Origin: Malacoraja senta | Taxonomy: Eukaryota | Assembly: GCA_038087875.1 (NCBI GenBank) | Contig: CM075977.1 | Location: 271,250,001 to 271,314,000 of the forward strand | DNA: 64,000 bases | Direction: 5' to 3' | Shown: positions 1 to 13,520 of the stretch, piece by piece | Numbering within the stretch: the first letter of the stretch is position 1 | How the letters are laid out: each line of letters starts with the position of its first letter | Program-made: the position numbers and the translations under genes | Notes under the pieces: generated by a model | The model's input: the letters and a program-made list of their open reading frames with translations, nothing else | Databases searched by the model: none | What the model was told of the DNA's origin: nothing

Positions 1-740
1 AAAAAGCAAGAACTGATTTTAGATGATCAGCCATGATTAGATTGAATGGCAGTGCTGGCTTGAAGGGCCGAATGGCCTACTCCTGCACATATTTTCTATG
101 TTTCTATGATTGATCCTTGAGACACTCTTGAGCAGAGTTTCGCTCGTGGCAAAGAGGGTTGCAGAGGAATAGAAGACATAAGTGTCAGTTGTTGCATTGC
201 ATTCACTGCAGAAAGAAAAACAAAATTAACATGGAGAGAAGGAATGTGTGACGTTTCGGGGTCGAGACCATTCTCAACCCGAAACATCATCCATTCCTTC
301 TCTCCAGAGATGCTGCCTGTCCCGCTGTCCCACTCCAGCTTTTTGTGTCTATCTTCGGTTTAAACTAGCATCTGCAGTTCCTTCTTAAACAGAATCAACA
401 TGACAGGTTGCTGACTTTTTGTTAGTTGTTACGAAGTCAATGAGTTTGTTTTAATGGGATTGATGGATTACTGAGAATCAAGGGATATGGGTTAATGCAG
501 GAAAATTAAACAGTGGTGGAAGATTAGCCTCAATCTTTAATGGTGAAGCAGACATGAAGAACCAGATGGCCAACACCTGCTGAAAATTCCTTATGGTCTG
601 ATGTTTCAAACATTTTTCATCAAATTTCTGCCAGATGGATTGACAGGGTTACCTATTGAATGTGAAGTCTGCGAAATGTGTGCAGTTTCTGGATGGAGTA
701 CAGCTTAAATGGAAAGGACAGATTACAAAGCTGGTATGTG

Positions 741-1132
741 TGGGAAGGAACTGCAGATGCTGGTTAGCAAAAAAGATAGACACAAAATGCTGGAGTAACT
801 CAGTGGGACTGGCAGCATCTCTGGAGAGAAGGAGTGGGTGACATTTTAGGTCGAGACATAGATACATCGATACATAGGCGATAGGTGCAGGAGTAGGCCA
901 TTCGGCCCTTTGAGCCTGCACCGCCATTCAATGTGATCATGGCTGATCATCCACATTAGTAGCCCGTTCTTGCCTTCTCCCCATACCCCTTGATCCGCTA
1001 GCCCTAAGTGCTCTATCAAACTCTCTTTTGAATGCAGAGTATTCCACAGATTCACAACTCTCTGGGTGAAAACGTTTTTCCTCATCTCCGTTCTAAATGG
1101 CTGACCCCTTATTATTAAAACCCTTCTTCAGC
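741..1132 (-). mobile_element. Short Penelope-derived terminal-repeat unit with hammerhead motif, interrupted by a CR1 3' fragment (857-1119, minus strand)
   Basis: 15-bp TSD CAAAGCTGGTATGTG at 726-740 and 1133-1147. The halves ...GTCGAGA | ACCCTTCTTCAG rejoin into the consensus seen elsewhere in the window. Confidence 0.75.
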
Positions 1133-3300
1133 CAAAGCTGGTATGTGATTACACCATGTATATGGCTCTTTTATCCCTTTTTCCACCTGGTGGTTTTGGG
1201 CAAACCTAGGCTTTCACATTTACAAACCCCTCAGTGACTGCATTCAGCGTGACAGGAAAGGCCTTAGGGGGCTATGAAAGCCTTCAGCACACCAGCGTAC
1301 GACGGTGAGATCCCTTAGAAGGGGAACTGGGGCAAGCTATTCTCATTGAGAAAAAAAGTAAACTGGGACAGAAGATTAAGTGGAGAAGATATTCAAACTT
1401 TAAAAATCCTCAATTGGCTTGACAGGCTAGAGGAATGTACGATGTATTCAAGAGAGAGTTAGGTATAGCTCTTAGGGCTAACGGAATCAAGGGATATGGG
1501 GAGCAAGAACGGTGTACTGATTTTGGATGGTTAGCCATGATCATATTGAATGGCGGTGCTGGCTCAAAAGGTTGAATGGCTTACTCCTGCACCTATTTTC
1601 TATGTTTTTATGATGTTTCCCTTGACCAAGGAATACAGGACAAGAGGACATTAGTTTGAGAATAGGGGGACTGAAATTAGGAGAAATGAGGATGAACCTT
1701 TGGAATTTTCTACATCAGAGGGCTGTGGATGTTCATGATTGATGGATTTCTCAAAGTTAAGTGATAGAGATAGTGATGGAAAATGCTGCTGAGGTATGTC
1801 AATCGTGAACATGATGAATAACAGAAGAGGTTTTGTTCTGCTCCTATTTCACATGGTCTCATGTTCTTCTTGGCCCCTTCTCACTCCCACAAGGAAACGG
1901 CTTATAATTTATTCCACAAAAGTGCCACCCAGCTCATACTTATGGAGAGTATGGACAGCTATGATAACATGGTAGATAAATGTCAGATCATTAATTGGAG
2001 AAGCAATACCCCCTTTCTTGTCAGGAGGTCAAATCCACATATGCTGATAGCCACAAACAAAAATCAGTGGATCTTATGATAGTCAGAGGGTGGTGAATCT
2101 GTGGAACTCATTGCCACAAATGGCCGTGGAGGCCAAGTTAATGGATATTTTTAAGGCGGAGATTGACAGATTCTTGATTAGTAAGGGTGTCAGGGACTAT
2201 GGGATGAAGACAGGAGAATGGGGTTGAGAGGGAAAGATAGTTCAGCCATGATTGAATGGCTGAGTAGACATGATGGGCCAAATGGGCTAATACTGCTGGA
2301 ACTTATCAACTTATAGAAGCTGTGCAAGATGGAACGTTACCACCAGTTTCCAAGAAGTGCATGAAGCAGCACTCCAACTGTAGCCTAGCCACAAAATCAG
2401 TGCATACAAAGAGGCATTTGGACAAACACATGAAAAGGCAGAGAATGGATGGATAGACACCATGAGCAGGCAGAGAAACTGTTTTAAATTGGCATCATGA
2501 TTAGCAGACAAATCATGGATCAAAGAGCCTGCTCCCGTGCTGTACTGCTCTATGTTCTGTTTAATCCTCCAGATCTAATCATTTTATAGTCCAATTGTCA
2601 GGTCACACACTTCCCGGATGGCTATCATCGGTCTTCCACGTCAGGTCTGATTAAGTTGGAAGTGAACAGATTGAAATGAGATTTGAAATTTTTGAAATTT
2701 TGACCATTTGTTCCAACCAGGCATCTTGGAGATTACAATGAGCCTTCGAGAATCCAAAAGCAATGCCCTTTTCTAGATCTTCCCACCACTCCTTCACACA
2801 TAAACATCTTGAGGAGAGTATGGGGCAGCTTATTGACATGATGCTAGCGATTAGGGGCTTAAATTTTGTGATAAGGTTAGAGAAACTGAGATTCCCCATA
2901 ACAGAAGGGAGATTCAATACAAAATGTTTAAAATGATGAAAGGTTTTGACAAATTGAATAAAGCAAGTCTGTTTTCAGTGGTAGGAGGGTCTGTAATCAA
3001 TGAGAATGTACTGAGGAAAAAACAGAGAGGGATGTAAGAAGATTTCCCTGCATAAATATTTATTGAAATAGTAATCTAGAGATCTTGACAAAAGACTTGG
3101 AGATACAAAAACAGGGAGTATATAAAAACAAGGATGTAATGCAGATGCTCTATAAGGCCGCATTTGGAATATTGTGAGCAATTTTGGACACCATATTTGA
3201 GCAAGGATGTGCTGGCTCTGGAGAGGGTCGAGAGGACGTTTGCTAGAATGATCCCAAGAATGAGTAGGTTAACATCTGATGAGCGTTTGTCGGCACTGGG

Positions 3301-3442
3301 CCTTCTTCTTCTTTCATATGGCGTGCACAGCCTAAAGTTGTAGGACAACTTGTTCTATTTGATCTTATTTGATTGTGCACGCCAGATTGATTGCATTCGT
3401 CGAAACAGGGTGGACCACGTGAAGGTTGCAATCTCCCACCCT
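3301..3442 (-). mobile_element. Short retroelement 3' fragment with (GAA)n tail, Ingi/Vingi-like (tentative)
   Basis: TSD GGCACTGGG at 3292-3300 and 3443-3451. Minus strand ends ...CGCCATATGAAAGAAGAAGAAG. Confidence 0.55.
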
Positions 3443-3478
3443 GGCACTGGGTCTGTACTCGCTGGAATTTATAAGAAT

Positions 3479-4333
3479 ACAATACAATTTATTTGTCTTT
3501 TGGACAAATTTGTCATATGGGCCCCGTTGAGGTCCAAACGAAATGTCGTTTCTGCAGCCATACATTACAAAACGAAGAAGACCCGAGACACAACACAATT
3601 TACACATACATCCATCACAGCGCTGTGATGGAAGGCAAAAAAACGTATCTCTCCACTGCACTCCCCCCCCCCCGATGTCAGAGTCAAAGTCAAAGCCCCC
3701 GGCGGGCGATGGTGATTGTCCCACGGCCATTAAAGCCACGCCGGTTAATGCAGGGTCGCGCACTGGGTCTTGGTGTTAGAGCCCCGGCGCGCGCTCGCAA
3801 AGTCCGGCGGCCATTCCAAGCCGCGCGGGGGGATAAAGCCCCGCTCCAGGTGCTCTTCAACCTCGCAACTCGGGCGGGAGAAGTCGCCGCTGCGGAAGCC
3901 CCGAAAAGCGGTCTCCCACTAGGGGACCCGCGGGCTTCCGGTGTTGCTGTCCGCCAGACCCGCGGTTGTAGCCTCCGAATCTCCGGGGGTCGGGTAGCAG
4001 CAGCGATTGTCTCCACTACAGCTCCACCCGCTCCGGACTCGCTCAGCCCCGCGACGGTGAGTAGTCCGCAGCTCCGCAACTGGAGCCCCAGGTCGTTCCT
4101 GCTGGAGGCCGCTCCACGTTGCCCAGCCCCAACGACAACGGAGACCCGACAAAGAAAAGGTCGGGTCTCCCGTGCAGGGGAAAGATTTTAAAGTTCCCCC
4201 CCCCCCACCCCCACCCTCCCACACACATACCCCGACAAAAAAAAAAAAAAACTACATAAAAACGAGACAAAAATAATAAAAAGACAGACGGACTGCAGAG
4301 GCCGCTGCAAACGAGAGTCGCGCCGCCCACCGA
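3479..4333 (-). mobile_element. GC-rich non-autonomous retroelement (SINE-like), copy A
   Basis: TSD AAGAAT at 3473-3478 and 4334-4339 inside the CR1. Minus-strand layout: GC leader, T-rich tract, G-run, GC-rich body, AATAAA plus (TATTG)n tail. Confidence 0.75.
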
Positions 4334-5875
4334 AAGAATGAGGGGGGACCTAATTGAAACATACAGAATAGTGAAATGCTTGGATAGAGTGGATGTGGAG
4401 AGGATGTTTCCACTAGTGGGAGAGTCTAGGACTAGAGGTCAGAGCTTCAGAATTAAAGGATGTTCTTTTAGGAAGGAGATGAGGATAAATTTCTTTAGTC
4501 TAAGGATGGTGAATCTGTGGAATTCTTTGCAACGGAAGGCTGTGCAGGCCAAGTTAGTGGATATTTTTAAGGCAGAGATAGATAGATGTTTGATTAGTAC
4601 GGGTGTCAGAGGTTATGGGGAGGGCAGGAGATTGGGGTTAGGAGGGAGAAATTGATCAGCCATGAGTGAATGGCGGAGTAGACTTGATGGGCCGAATGGC
4701 CTAATTCTACTCCTATCATTTATGACCTTATGACCTTATAACAAATAGAGAACCCACAAAGGCACATGGTACAATTTAATTTGATTGTTTGAATACATTA
4801 AAACGTTGAAATTCCAGAAATCCTGGGCCGTCTGCTCCTGCGTTGTACTGCTACATGTTCTCTGTGTAATCCTTCAGATTTAATCATTTTATAATCCAAT
4901 TGTGGGATGTGTGGGCAGAACTGGGGGTCTGGACTGTGAGTGGGGTCATGATCTGGACTGTATGTCAGATCCATGGCTAGGAGTGCTCGCATACACCCCA
5001 CACCCTTTAAACTCACTAGGCTCATTGGAAAACTTATTGGCTCTGCAATATGCAAAAATAAAACAAGAAACAAAAGAATCTTTGTGTATTAATAATAATA
5101 TCATCCAATAAACAATAGACAATAGGTGCAGGAGTAGGCCATTCGGCCCCTCGAGCCAGCACCGCCATTCACTGTAATCATGGCTGATCATCCACAATCA
5201 GTACCCCGTTCCTGCATTTAGCCCAACTAAAGTCCCTGACAATTTTGGATTATTGGAGTTTTATTTCATTTGGAATTAAAAAGCTGGAACCAAGAATTGT
5301 AACAGTAAAACTACTGAGCTGGCACAAATTTAGTTCATTAAATGCCAGAAATAGGCAGAATCTGAAGGAAGAAACAGAACTATTGTTTCAGGGTAATAAC
5401 TTTTTATCAGAACTGGGAGCAGTTAGTGATAAACCATTTTAAGATACTGATAACAAAATAAGAATAGAAAAGAATAAAAAGGGAAAGGGAAGAAGGAAGG
5501 AAACATTAAACTCCAAAAGGTTTAATAGTGGACGATGAAAGAGATAAGGAAACTAACTTGGAGATCTGTAAAAAAGAATGTAAAATGTTGGAAATGTTGG
5601 AAACTCAGCTTTGAGTTCCATACGCTACATAACTCAAGTTGGAAACTTGAGGTGTTACTGCACAAAGTTACATTGAGCTTCACTGGAGGACTCTGAAGAG
5701 GGAGAGGATAGGCTGTGAGTGGAATGAGGATTTGAAGTGAGAAGCTGTGGGATATATATGATGCGCAGTGGTCCCAGAACAGTCAGCCCATCTTTTTTGT
5801 CTTTGGCTTTGCAATGGAGAAGAGACCAATAAATTCAGTACATTAAATTGGAAGACATATCAAGAGAATCACTGA

Positions 5876-6182
5876 TTTGTTTAGTTTAGAGATACAGCCT
5901 GGAAACAAGCCCTTCGGTCCACCGAGTCCTCGCCAACCAGCGATCCCTGCACATTAACACTATCCTACACACACTAGGGACAATTTACACTTATTAACCT
6001 ACAAACCTGTACGTCTTTGGAGTGTGGGAGGAAACCGAAGATCTCGGAGAAAACGCACGCGGTCACGGGGAGAACGTACAAACTCTGTACAGACAGCACC
6101 AGTAGTCTGGATCGAACCCGGTTCTTTGGCGCTGCAAGAGCTGTAAGGCAGCAACTGAAGCAGGGCGCCACCGTGCCGCCCT
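5876..6182 (-). mobile_element. tRNA-derived V-SINE (HE1-like)
   Basis: Box A/B-like head (GGTGGCGC...GGTTCGATCC), core GGTTTCCTCCCACACTCCAAAGAC, CR1-like tail and (CTAAA)n. Confidence 0.85.
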
Positions 6183-6808
6183 GCTTCAGCTCAAAGAGTA
6201 TTTGGATCCCTGGATGGTGGAAATGGAGTTAATTAAGGAGTAAATGTGGCATCTCCTGCAGATGCTCAGGGAAGAATCACGAAAGGATGAAGGTAGAGTC
6301 CATGAAAAAGTGACCCAATAAAGAGTTGTTTTAGCACAGGTGTTATAGCAGAGAAGAACTCTTAACCTCTTTTCTTTAATCCAGAGACTTATTTTGCTTT
6401 CTTTCGCAATTACATTTTGTTAAGTAAAACTTACATTTCTTTCTGTTGCTGTTTTGATGAATGTTGTTCTATTCGGCCCCATTCTGAGGTCAGATCGTGG
6501 GTACTCAGCCTTTGAAGGTGTCCTTAGATTGAACATGAGGGCAGCCCATATAGATAAAGAAAACAAAGGGAACATTCAGACAAAGATATAACAGTGTAAG
6601 TTAATGTGAGAGGCCTTCACCTCTTTCCACATATGTGCATCTCAGTGGAAAGGTCATAAGGTCATCAAGTTATAAGTGATAGGAGTAGAATTAGGCACTT
6701 CAGCCCATCAAGTCTACTCCACCATTCAATCGTGGTTGAGCTATCTCTCCCTCCTAACTCCTGCCTTCTCCCCATAACTTCTGACACCCGTACTAATCAC
6801 GTATCTAT

Positions 6809-7832
6809 GTGTAGGAAAGAACTGCAGATGCTGGTTTAAATTGAAGGTAGACACAAATGCTGGAGTAACTCAGCGGGACAGGCAGCATCTCTGGAGAGAA
6901 GGAATGGGTGAAGTTTCGGGTCGAGACCCTTCTCCAGACTGATGTCAGGGGAATGGGCGACACAGTGATAGAATGTAGTCGGAGACAGTAAGACTGGTGG
7001 GAGAACTGGGAAAGGGGAGTGGATGGAGAGAGAGGGAAAGCAAGGGCTTGAAGTTAGCGAAGTCAATGTTCATACCACTGGGGTGTAAACTGCCCAAGTG
7101 AAATATGAGGTGCTGTTCCTCCAATTTGCGCTTGGCCTCACTCTGACAATGGAGGAGGCCCAGGACAGAAAGGTCAGATTGGGAATGGGAGGGGGAATTA
7201 AAGTGCTGAGCAACCATGAGATCAGGTAGGTTAAGGCGGACTGAGCGGAGGTGTTCAGCGCAACGATCGCCGAGCCTGCGCTTGGTCTCTCCGATGTAGA
7301 GAAGGTGACACCTACGACAGCGGATACAGTAAATGAGGTTGGAAGAGATGCAAGTGAACCTCTGCCTCACCTGGAAAGACTGTTGTGGTCCTTAGATGGT
7401 GTCAAGGGTGGAGGTAAAGTGGCAGGTGTTGCATCTTCTGCGGTTGCAGGGATAAGTACCTGGGGAGGGGGTGGTTTGGGTGGGAAGGTTCGAGTTGACC
7501 AGGGAGTTGCAGCGGGAAGATCTCTGCAGAAAACAGAAAGGGGTGGAGAGGGACAGATGTGGCCAGTAGTGGGATCCCGTTGAAGGTGGCGAAAATGTTG
7601 GAGGATTATATGCTGTATGCGACGGCTGATGGGGTGGAAGGTGAGGACAAGGGGGACTCTGTCCTTGTTACGAATGAGGGGGGGGGAGCAAGAGCAGAGT
7701 TGCGGGATATCGAGGAGACCCTAGTGAGAGCCTCATCTATAATGGAAGAGGGGAACCGCCGTTTACTAAAGAATGAAATCTCCGATGACCTGGTTTGGAA
7801 AACCTCATCCTTTACTCCAGCATTTTGTGTCT
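6809..7832 (-). mobile_element. Penelope-like element (Neptune-type), 3' part: GIY-YIG endonuclease plus hammerhead terminal repeat
   Basis: ORF 6945-7370 FTCISSNLIYCIRCRRCHLLYIGETKRRLGDRCAEH... has GIY-YIG motifs with CxxC/H. Short inverted terminal piece at 7812-7832. Approximate TSD CTAATCA.G..TCTAT within a CR1 tail. Confidence 0.88.
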
Positions 7833-7980
7833 AATCAAGACTCTATCTCGCTGCCTTAAAAATATCCACTGCAACAACCAATATCTGGGAAAAAGGTGAC
7901 AAATGGCAGGGATGATAAGTATATTAGATAATCTCAGAAGTAACATATACAACCGATAAACTAATAAGTGCAAATAAAGC

Positions 7981-8013
7981 ATTCATTCATTCATTCATTC
8001 ATTCATTCATTCA
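7981..8013. repeat. (ATTC)n microsatellite
   Basis: About 8 units, seen directly. Confidence 0.9.
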
Positions 8014-8648
8014 CTTACTCAGACACGTATACATACTTAGGAAACAAGGTATTTGTCTTGTCACTCTGCTCTCCCAGTCTCAAGCATCCCGACAGATGGA
8101 AGAGGGGTTGAGAAATATTTTCTTTATGATTATATTCCTTGCTTTCTGTGCCTGTGACATTAACTGATTTTTTTTTAGATGAAAATCATGCCATTGCTTG
8201 TCAAGGCCAATTAATATCACATAAATAAAACTTTGGAAATGTAGATGGTATTTTTTTTACTGGAAGAAAAGGAAAATATCTGAAAAGGAATTAACTCACC
8301 TGCTGGGCTGATGAAAATTGAACAATGAAGCAACTAAACGCACAGAGTTTGGATTTTGCTGTAATTATAGCAACTTGCCTCAAGCTACATGCTTTACAGG
8401 AAACGCACAATCAACTGGAGTTTACAACCAATTTGGCTATGCTCACCTGGACTTTAAATAGTTAAACAGTGTGACCAAGGCTGGACCTCTTTTATGTGTT
8501 AAAAATTATATCCACCTATAATATTTATCTCTTTCAATTTGATTATTTCTTTATTTCAAAGAAATTAGAATAAAAAAAACCATCTTTCAAGTCTTGGCCA
8601 GACAAATGGTAGTGTGTTCAAAATCCAGTCCAATGGTTTGAGCAACAA

Positions 8649-10430
8649 TTGAATTGAATTGAAAACATTTTATTAGCCAAGTATGTATACATACAAGGAA
8701 TTTGCCTTGGTGTTTTGCTCGCAAGGAACAACACGATATACAGTAGACAATTAAAAATAAAACATTATAATTTAAACATGTAAAGAATTAAATAAAATTC
8801 CAGAGCAAAAGGAGGCTACAGATTTTTGGTAATTGAGTAGAGCTACTGCTCGTGTATAAAAGCTGTTTTTATGTCTGGCTGTGGCAGCTTTGACAGTCCG
8901 GAGTCGCCTTCCAGAGGGAAGTGATTCAAAGAGTTTGTGGCGAGGATGAGAGGGGTCAGAGATGATCTTACCCGCTCGCTTCCTGCCCTTGCAGTGTACA
9001 GTTCGTCGATGGGGGGAAGGTTGCAGCCAACAACCTTCTCGGCTGATCGAACGATATGCTGCAGCTTCCGGATGTTGTGCTTGGTGGCTGAGCTAAACCA
9101 GACCATGATGGAGAAGGTGAGGACAGACTCTATGTGGCAGTATAAAACTGGACCATCATTGCCTGTGGCAGATTGTGTTTTCTCAGCTGCCGCAGGAAGT
9201 ACATCCTCTGTTGGGCTTTTTTGACAGTGGAGTCGATGGTGGCCCCCCTTTAAGGTCCTTGGAGATGATGGTTCCAAGGAACTTAAATGACTCCACAAAT
9301 GTGACTGCGGTGTTGTTGATGGAGTGTGGGGGGAGGGGAGCTCTCTTGAAGTCTACAATCAATTCCACTGTCTTAAGAGCATTGAGCTCCAGGTTGTTGC
9401 GATGCCACGAGGATGCCAGCTGTGTCATTTCCTGTCTGTAGGTTGATTTCTCCCCATCCTGGATCAGTCCAAATAGGGTTGTGTCGTCCGCAAACTTGAG
9501 AAGCTTGTCAGAGGAGTCTGTGGAGGTGCAGTCATTGGTGTAGAGAGACTAAAGGAGAGGGGAGAGTATGAAGCCTTGTGGTGCTCCTATGCTGAGGGTC
9601 AGCGAGTCCGAGATGTGCTTTCCCAGCCTCACATGTTGCTTCCTGTCTGTCAGGAAGTTGGAGATCTACTACAGAGGGGTTTACGCACAGTCAACTGGGA
9701 GAGTTTGGAGTGTAGTAGCTCTGGTACAATGGTGTTGAACGCAGAGCTAAAATCCACAAACAAAATCCTTGCATAGGTCCCCTGGTGGTCTAGGTGCTGG
9801 AGGATGAAGTGCAGGCCAAGGTTGACGGCGTCATCCACTGATCTATTGGCCCGATATGCAAACTGCAGAGGGTCCAGCAGGGGGTTTGTGATATTTTTAA
9901 GCTGGGCCAGCACAAGTCTTCCATGGGCCTTCATGATTACAGAGGTCAGTGCGACAGACCTGTAGTCATTAAGATTAGTAACCCTTGGTTTTTTGGGTAC
10001 AGGAACAATAGTGGAGACTTTGAAGCAGGCAGGGACAGTACAGGTTTGCAGGGACTGGTTGAGAATGTCTTAGACTGGTGCCAGTTGTTCGGCACAGAGC
10101 TTGAGAGTAGAGGGGTAAACATTGTCTGGTCCTGGAGATGTCCGGTTTTTCTGTCTCCAGAATTTCTACCTCCTCAATTTCTATTGTTAGTGATGGAGAA
10201 GTGGCCGCCAGACTGATGTTGGGCAGCAAGGAGGGGGTGGGTAGTGGACGAGGGCCCAGTCTTTGTAGACCGGAGTCAGGCTGTAAGTGGGTGTGAAGTG
10301 GTGATTGGGAAGGAGTGGGTGAGGGGGGAGGGGGTTATGCTCCTGTCTATCGAACCTGCAGTAGAACTCTTTCAGGTCATTGTTCAGCTGACGATTGTCC
10401 AAGGAGCGGACAATAGTTACTGTGTAACTA
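8649..10430 (-). mobile_element. Rex1/Babar-type LINE, reverse transcriptase region and 3' end (frameshifted)
   Basis: [18 protein letters not shown]...[14 protein letters not shown]; LLKFADDTT; LELNALKTVELIVDF; tail ...ACATACTTGGCTAATAAA plus (TTCAA)n. Confidence 0.85.
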
Positions 10431-10845
10431 TATCACAATCGCAATCAATCACAATGATACTTTATTAGCCAAGTATGTTTTGCAACATGCGAGGAATTTC
10501 ATTTCCCAAGTCAGTCATACAACAAAAAGCAACAGAACACACTAACACATTTTAACATAAACATCCACCACAGTGACTCCTCCACATTCCTCACTGTGAT
10601 GGAAGGTGAAAAAAGTTCAATCTCTTCCCTTTGCTCTTCCGCGGTCAGGGGCCTCGAGCCCTCCTTTGACGGGACGATCTTGACTCCCGTAGCCGGCGGC
10701 GTTTTGGCCCTCCAAATCGGGGCGATCAGTTCCTGCATTGGGGGGGATGTCAGCTCCCCCTCACCGGCGATCGAACCCCGCATCGGGACTGGTCGAACCT
10801 TCCGCGGCGTTGGAACGTCCCGAATCGGCTTCTCCCGAGACTGCA
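10430..10845 (-). mobile_element. GC-rich non-autonomous retroelement, 5'-truncated copy B
   Basis: GC-rich body, then CCTTCCATCACAG...GGATGTTTATGTTAAA and a tail nearly identical to that of the adjacent Rex1 LINE. Confidence 0.7.
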
Positions 10846-13249
10846 AGAATACCTGTGTTTTGCTGAGAGTTTGATGGATTCGCCAAGGCATCATCTTTGA
10901 AAACAAGTCTGGTGCAATAGAATCATAAAGCATAGAAAATTAGCCCTTTAATGTATTGTGTTCATGCCAATTATTCAAATACCACAATAAAAAAATCCAA
11001 TTTACCAGCACTTGGCCTCTAACCTACTATACCTGAAATATTGTGTTAATAACAAAAAACGCAAAGTGCTGGAGTAACTCAGCAGGTCAGGCAGTGTCTC
11101 TGGAGAACTTGGATAGGCAATGGTTCGGGTTGGAAAGCTTCCAGCATCTGCAGTTCTTGTGTCAATGTTATGTTAATACCTGCCACTGCCAAACCTTTAG
11201 ATAGTGCATTCCTGATTTCTACCACCCACTGGGTGACAAAATGCTTCCTCAAATTCTCTCTAAATCTCCTGCCCCTTATCTTAAACACATGCTTTCACAC
11301 TATTTACCCTATATATGCCTTTCATACCTTTGTATAATCTGAATCAATGTCCCCCTACCCCACCCCATCTCAGCCTTCCTCACTGTAATGAAAACTATCC
11401 ACCCTATTCACTATCTCTTCATTGTGATATTATTTCCTTCTGAGTGTGTGTAAATTATCCCATGGCACCATTTTAGAAAAGGGTATGGAAATTATCCCCT
11501 GTGAACTAGCCAATATTTACCCCTCAATTAACTACACCAAAACAAATATCCTAATTATCATCACATTGCTACTTGCGGGAGCTTACTGTGTACATATTGG
11601 ATACTGTATTCACTGCACCGCACCGGACTGCAAAGACCCTGCTTAAATGCAAGTCTGAGGATAGGCAGAATCTCCACCAAAGGCACAGACCACAATATTA
11701 ATCCCCTTTGCTGGATGGGGAAAACTTGATGGGAAAGTTATTAGTGAAATAATCATAAGGAAATAAAGATAATCCCTATTCTAGAGCAGCAGGCACCGTG
11801 GAGTCTGAGTATCACACTGTGAAGGGGCGAGAATCTTAATTAACACTGTTAAATCAAGCTTAGTCTGTGATGCATGATGCTGAAGTCCACTCTCAAAGGA
11901 TACATAAGTTGTACGAATGAAGGAAAGCTGCTGACCAAGTCAACACAGCCACTCATACTTTTGCAACTGGCTACTGTTGAACAAGATCATTCGTGTTATC
12001 GGTAACCGAATAAAGGTAAACATGTTTTATTTCTTAACAAAATCCTTGTGGGATCCAAAAAGCATTGCACAAATCCGGGTTGCTAACATTTGAGCTTAGT
12101 TATTTGTGCCCTTTTCACATTATTCTTACATTTTTAGCTAAGCTGTATATTTCCGTTAGATGGAAGTGGCATCCAAAAGAACAAAAAGTTCAAGAATCCT
12201 GAGTTAATGAACTGTTCAAATTTTAAGGGCCTTGTTAGTGGTGCAGGCATGGATACTGTTGTTGATTTTGCTTGAATCTATCCCCTGAGGTTTCATCACA
12301 AAGTCTCCAACCACTTCTTTGTCAAACAACCATACTTCCATCCCTTAATACTTTAATAATTAATTAATAGCATGGATGCTAACATGGGCAGATTACATTG
12401 CTTATGGGAGTATTGCGTAGAGTAGGTTTTGAATGGAGAATTGGATAAGAATTCATTCAAGCTGTGAACTGATAATAGATACCAGCTCAGAGATTAGCCT
12501 GACTGACGGACTTTGGTCTCTCTGGGTGGAAATGACTGCGGAGCAGCTCACACTTCCAGATAACTCTGATTTCTAGCTGTGGGATTGGGTGGTCTCTTGC
12601 TGACAAGGTATGTGGGGGGGGGGGGATTTCTGGTAGGAGATGCCTGTGGTTTAGTTGGGTGGGGACAGAGCGGAAACACTTTTGCTCCTCTTTTGCTGCA
12701 GGTTTTGCAATGGTGCCAATTTCTAAACAAAGATGTATTTGCCAATCTTTAGCTGTTGGATTTCCCAAGGTTTGGAAATCTTGGCTGTCCAGTGTAAAAC
12801 CTGCAGAGCAAATGAACTCTGGGATGGAAAGGAAAAAACATGCAGGCGCTGAAATTCCAAAATAAAAACAGATGTTGCTTAAAATACTCAGTAGGTCAGA
12901 GAGCATCTGTAGGGGGACAAAGAAAGTTTATGTTTCAGGTCAATTACACTATAATATTTAAGTTGCTATTGCATCTCCTGGCTGCCTGACTTTTGCTCTG
13001 CCTCTGTTAATCTTGCAAGTGCACAAGCTAGTTGGCTTTTAGGATTTTGGGTTTTATAAATCTGTGTCAATCTCAACTCACCTGTTTTTGGTGCTAAAAT
13101 ACCGTTCCAAGGGTATAAATATTTTTTACAAATGTGCAGCGTATTTTGTAATGATTTTAATGCCTTAGAGGAAGAGATAGCGTAAGTACAGTTAAGACAC
13201 ATTCCCATGAGCAGCAAATGAAAGACAAATGCATTCAGAGCATTGAGAC

Positions 13250-13520
13250 GCAAGCGACTGCAGATGCTGGAATCTTGAGCAAAAATTAAACTGCTGGAGG
13301 AACTCGATGGGTCAAGCAGCATCTATGGAGGGAAATAGACAGGCGATATTTCAGATCAGTACTCATATTCAGACTGATGGAATAGAGGGATGATAGCTGT
13401 GTTCCCTCTGCTCCATCTGTCTGAAGAAGGGTCCCGACCCAAAACACTGTCTGTCCATTTCCTTCCACAACTGCTGCCTGATATGTTGAGTTCCTCCAGC
13501 AGTTTGTATTTTGTTCCAAC
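13250..13520. mobile_element. Old inverted pair of Penelope terminal repeats (hammerhead-type)
   Basis: Inverted arms; CTGAAGAAGGGTCCCGACCC at about 13421. Confidence 0.65.

Larger units (their letters stand above)
3090..4739 (+). mobile_element. CR1/HER1-type LINE 3' fragment carrying two nested insertions
   Basis: ORF2 C-terminal remnants (RPHLEYCEQFW; MRGDLIETYRIVK..DRVDVERMFPLVGESRTRG) and a (TATGACCT)n tail. Confidence 0.85.

Noticed and set aside
3493-4191. 232-aa ORF and overlapping ORFs
   Set aside because: They lie in the GC-rich repeat body, are open in several frames because of low stop-codon frequency, and show no recognisable domain.
11860-12620. Possible PDGF exon 1 at donor-like sites (AAAG|GTAAAC about 12015; CAAG|GTATGT about 12607)
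   Set aside because: No open signal-peptide-like frame reaches these donors.
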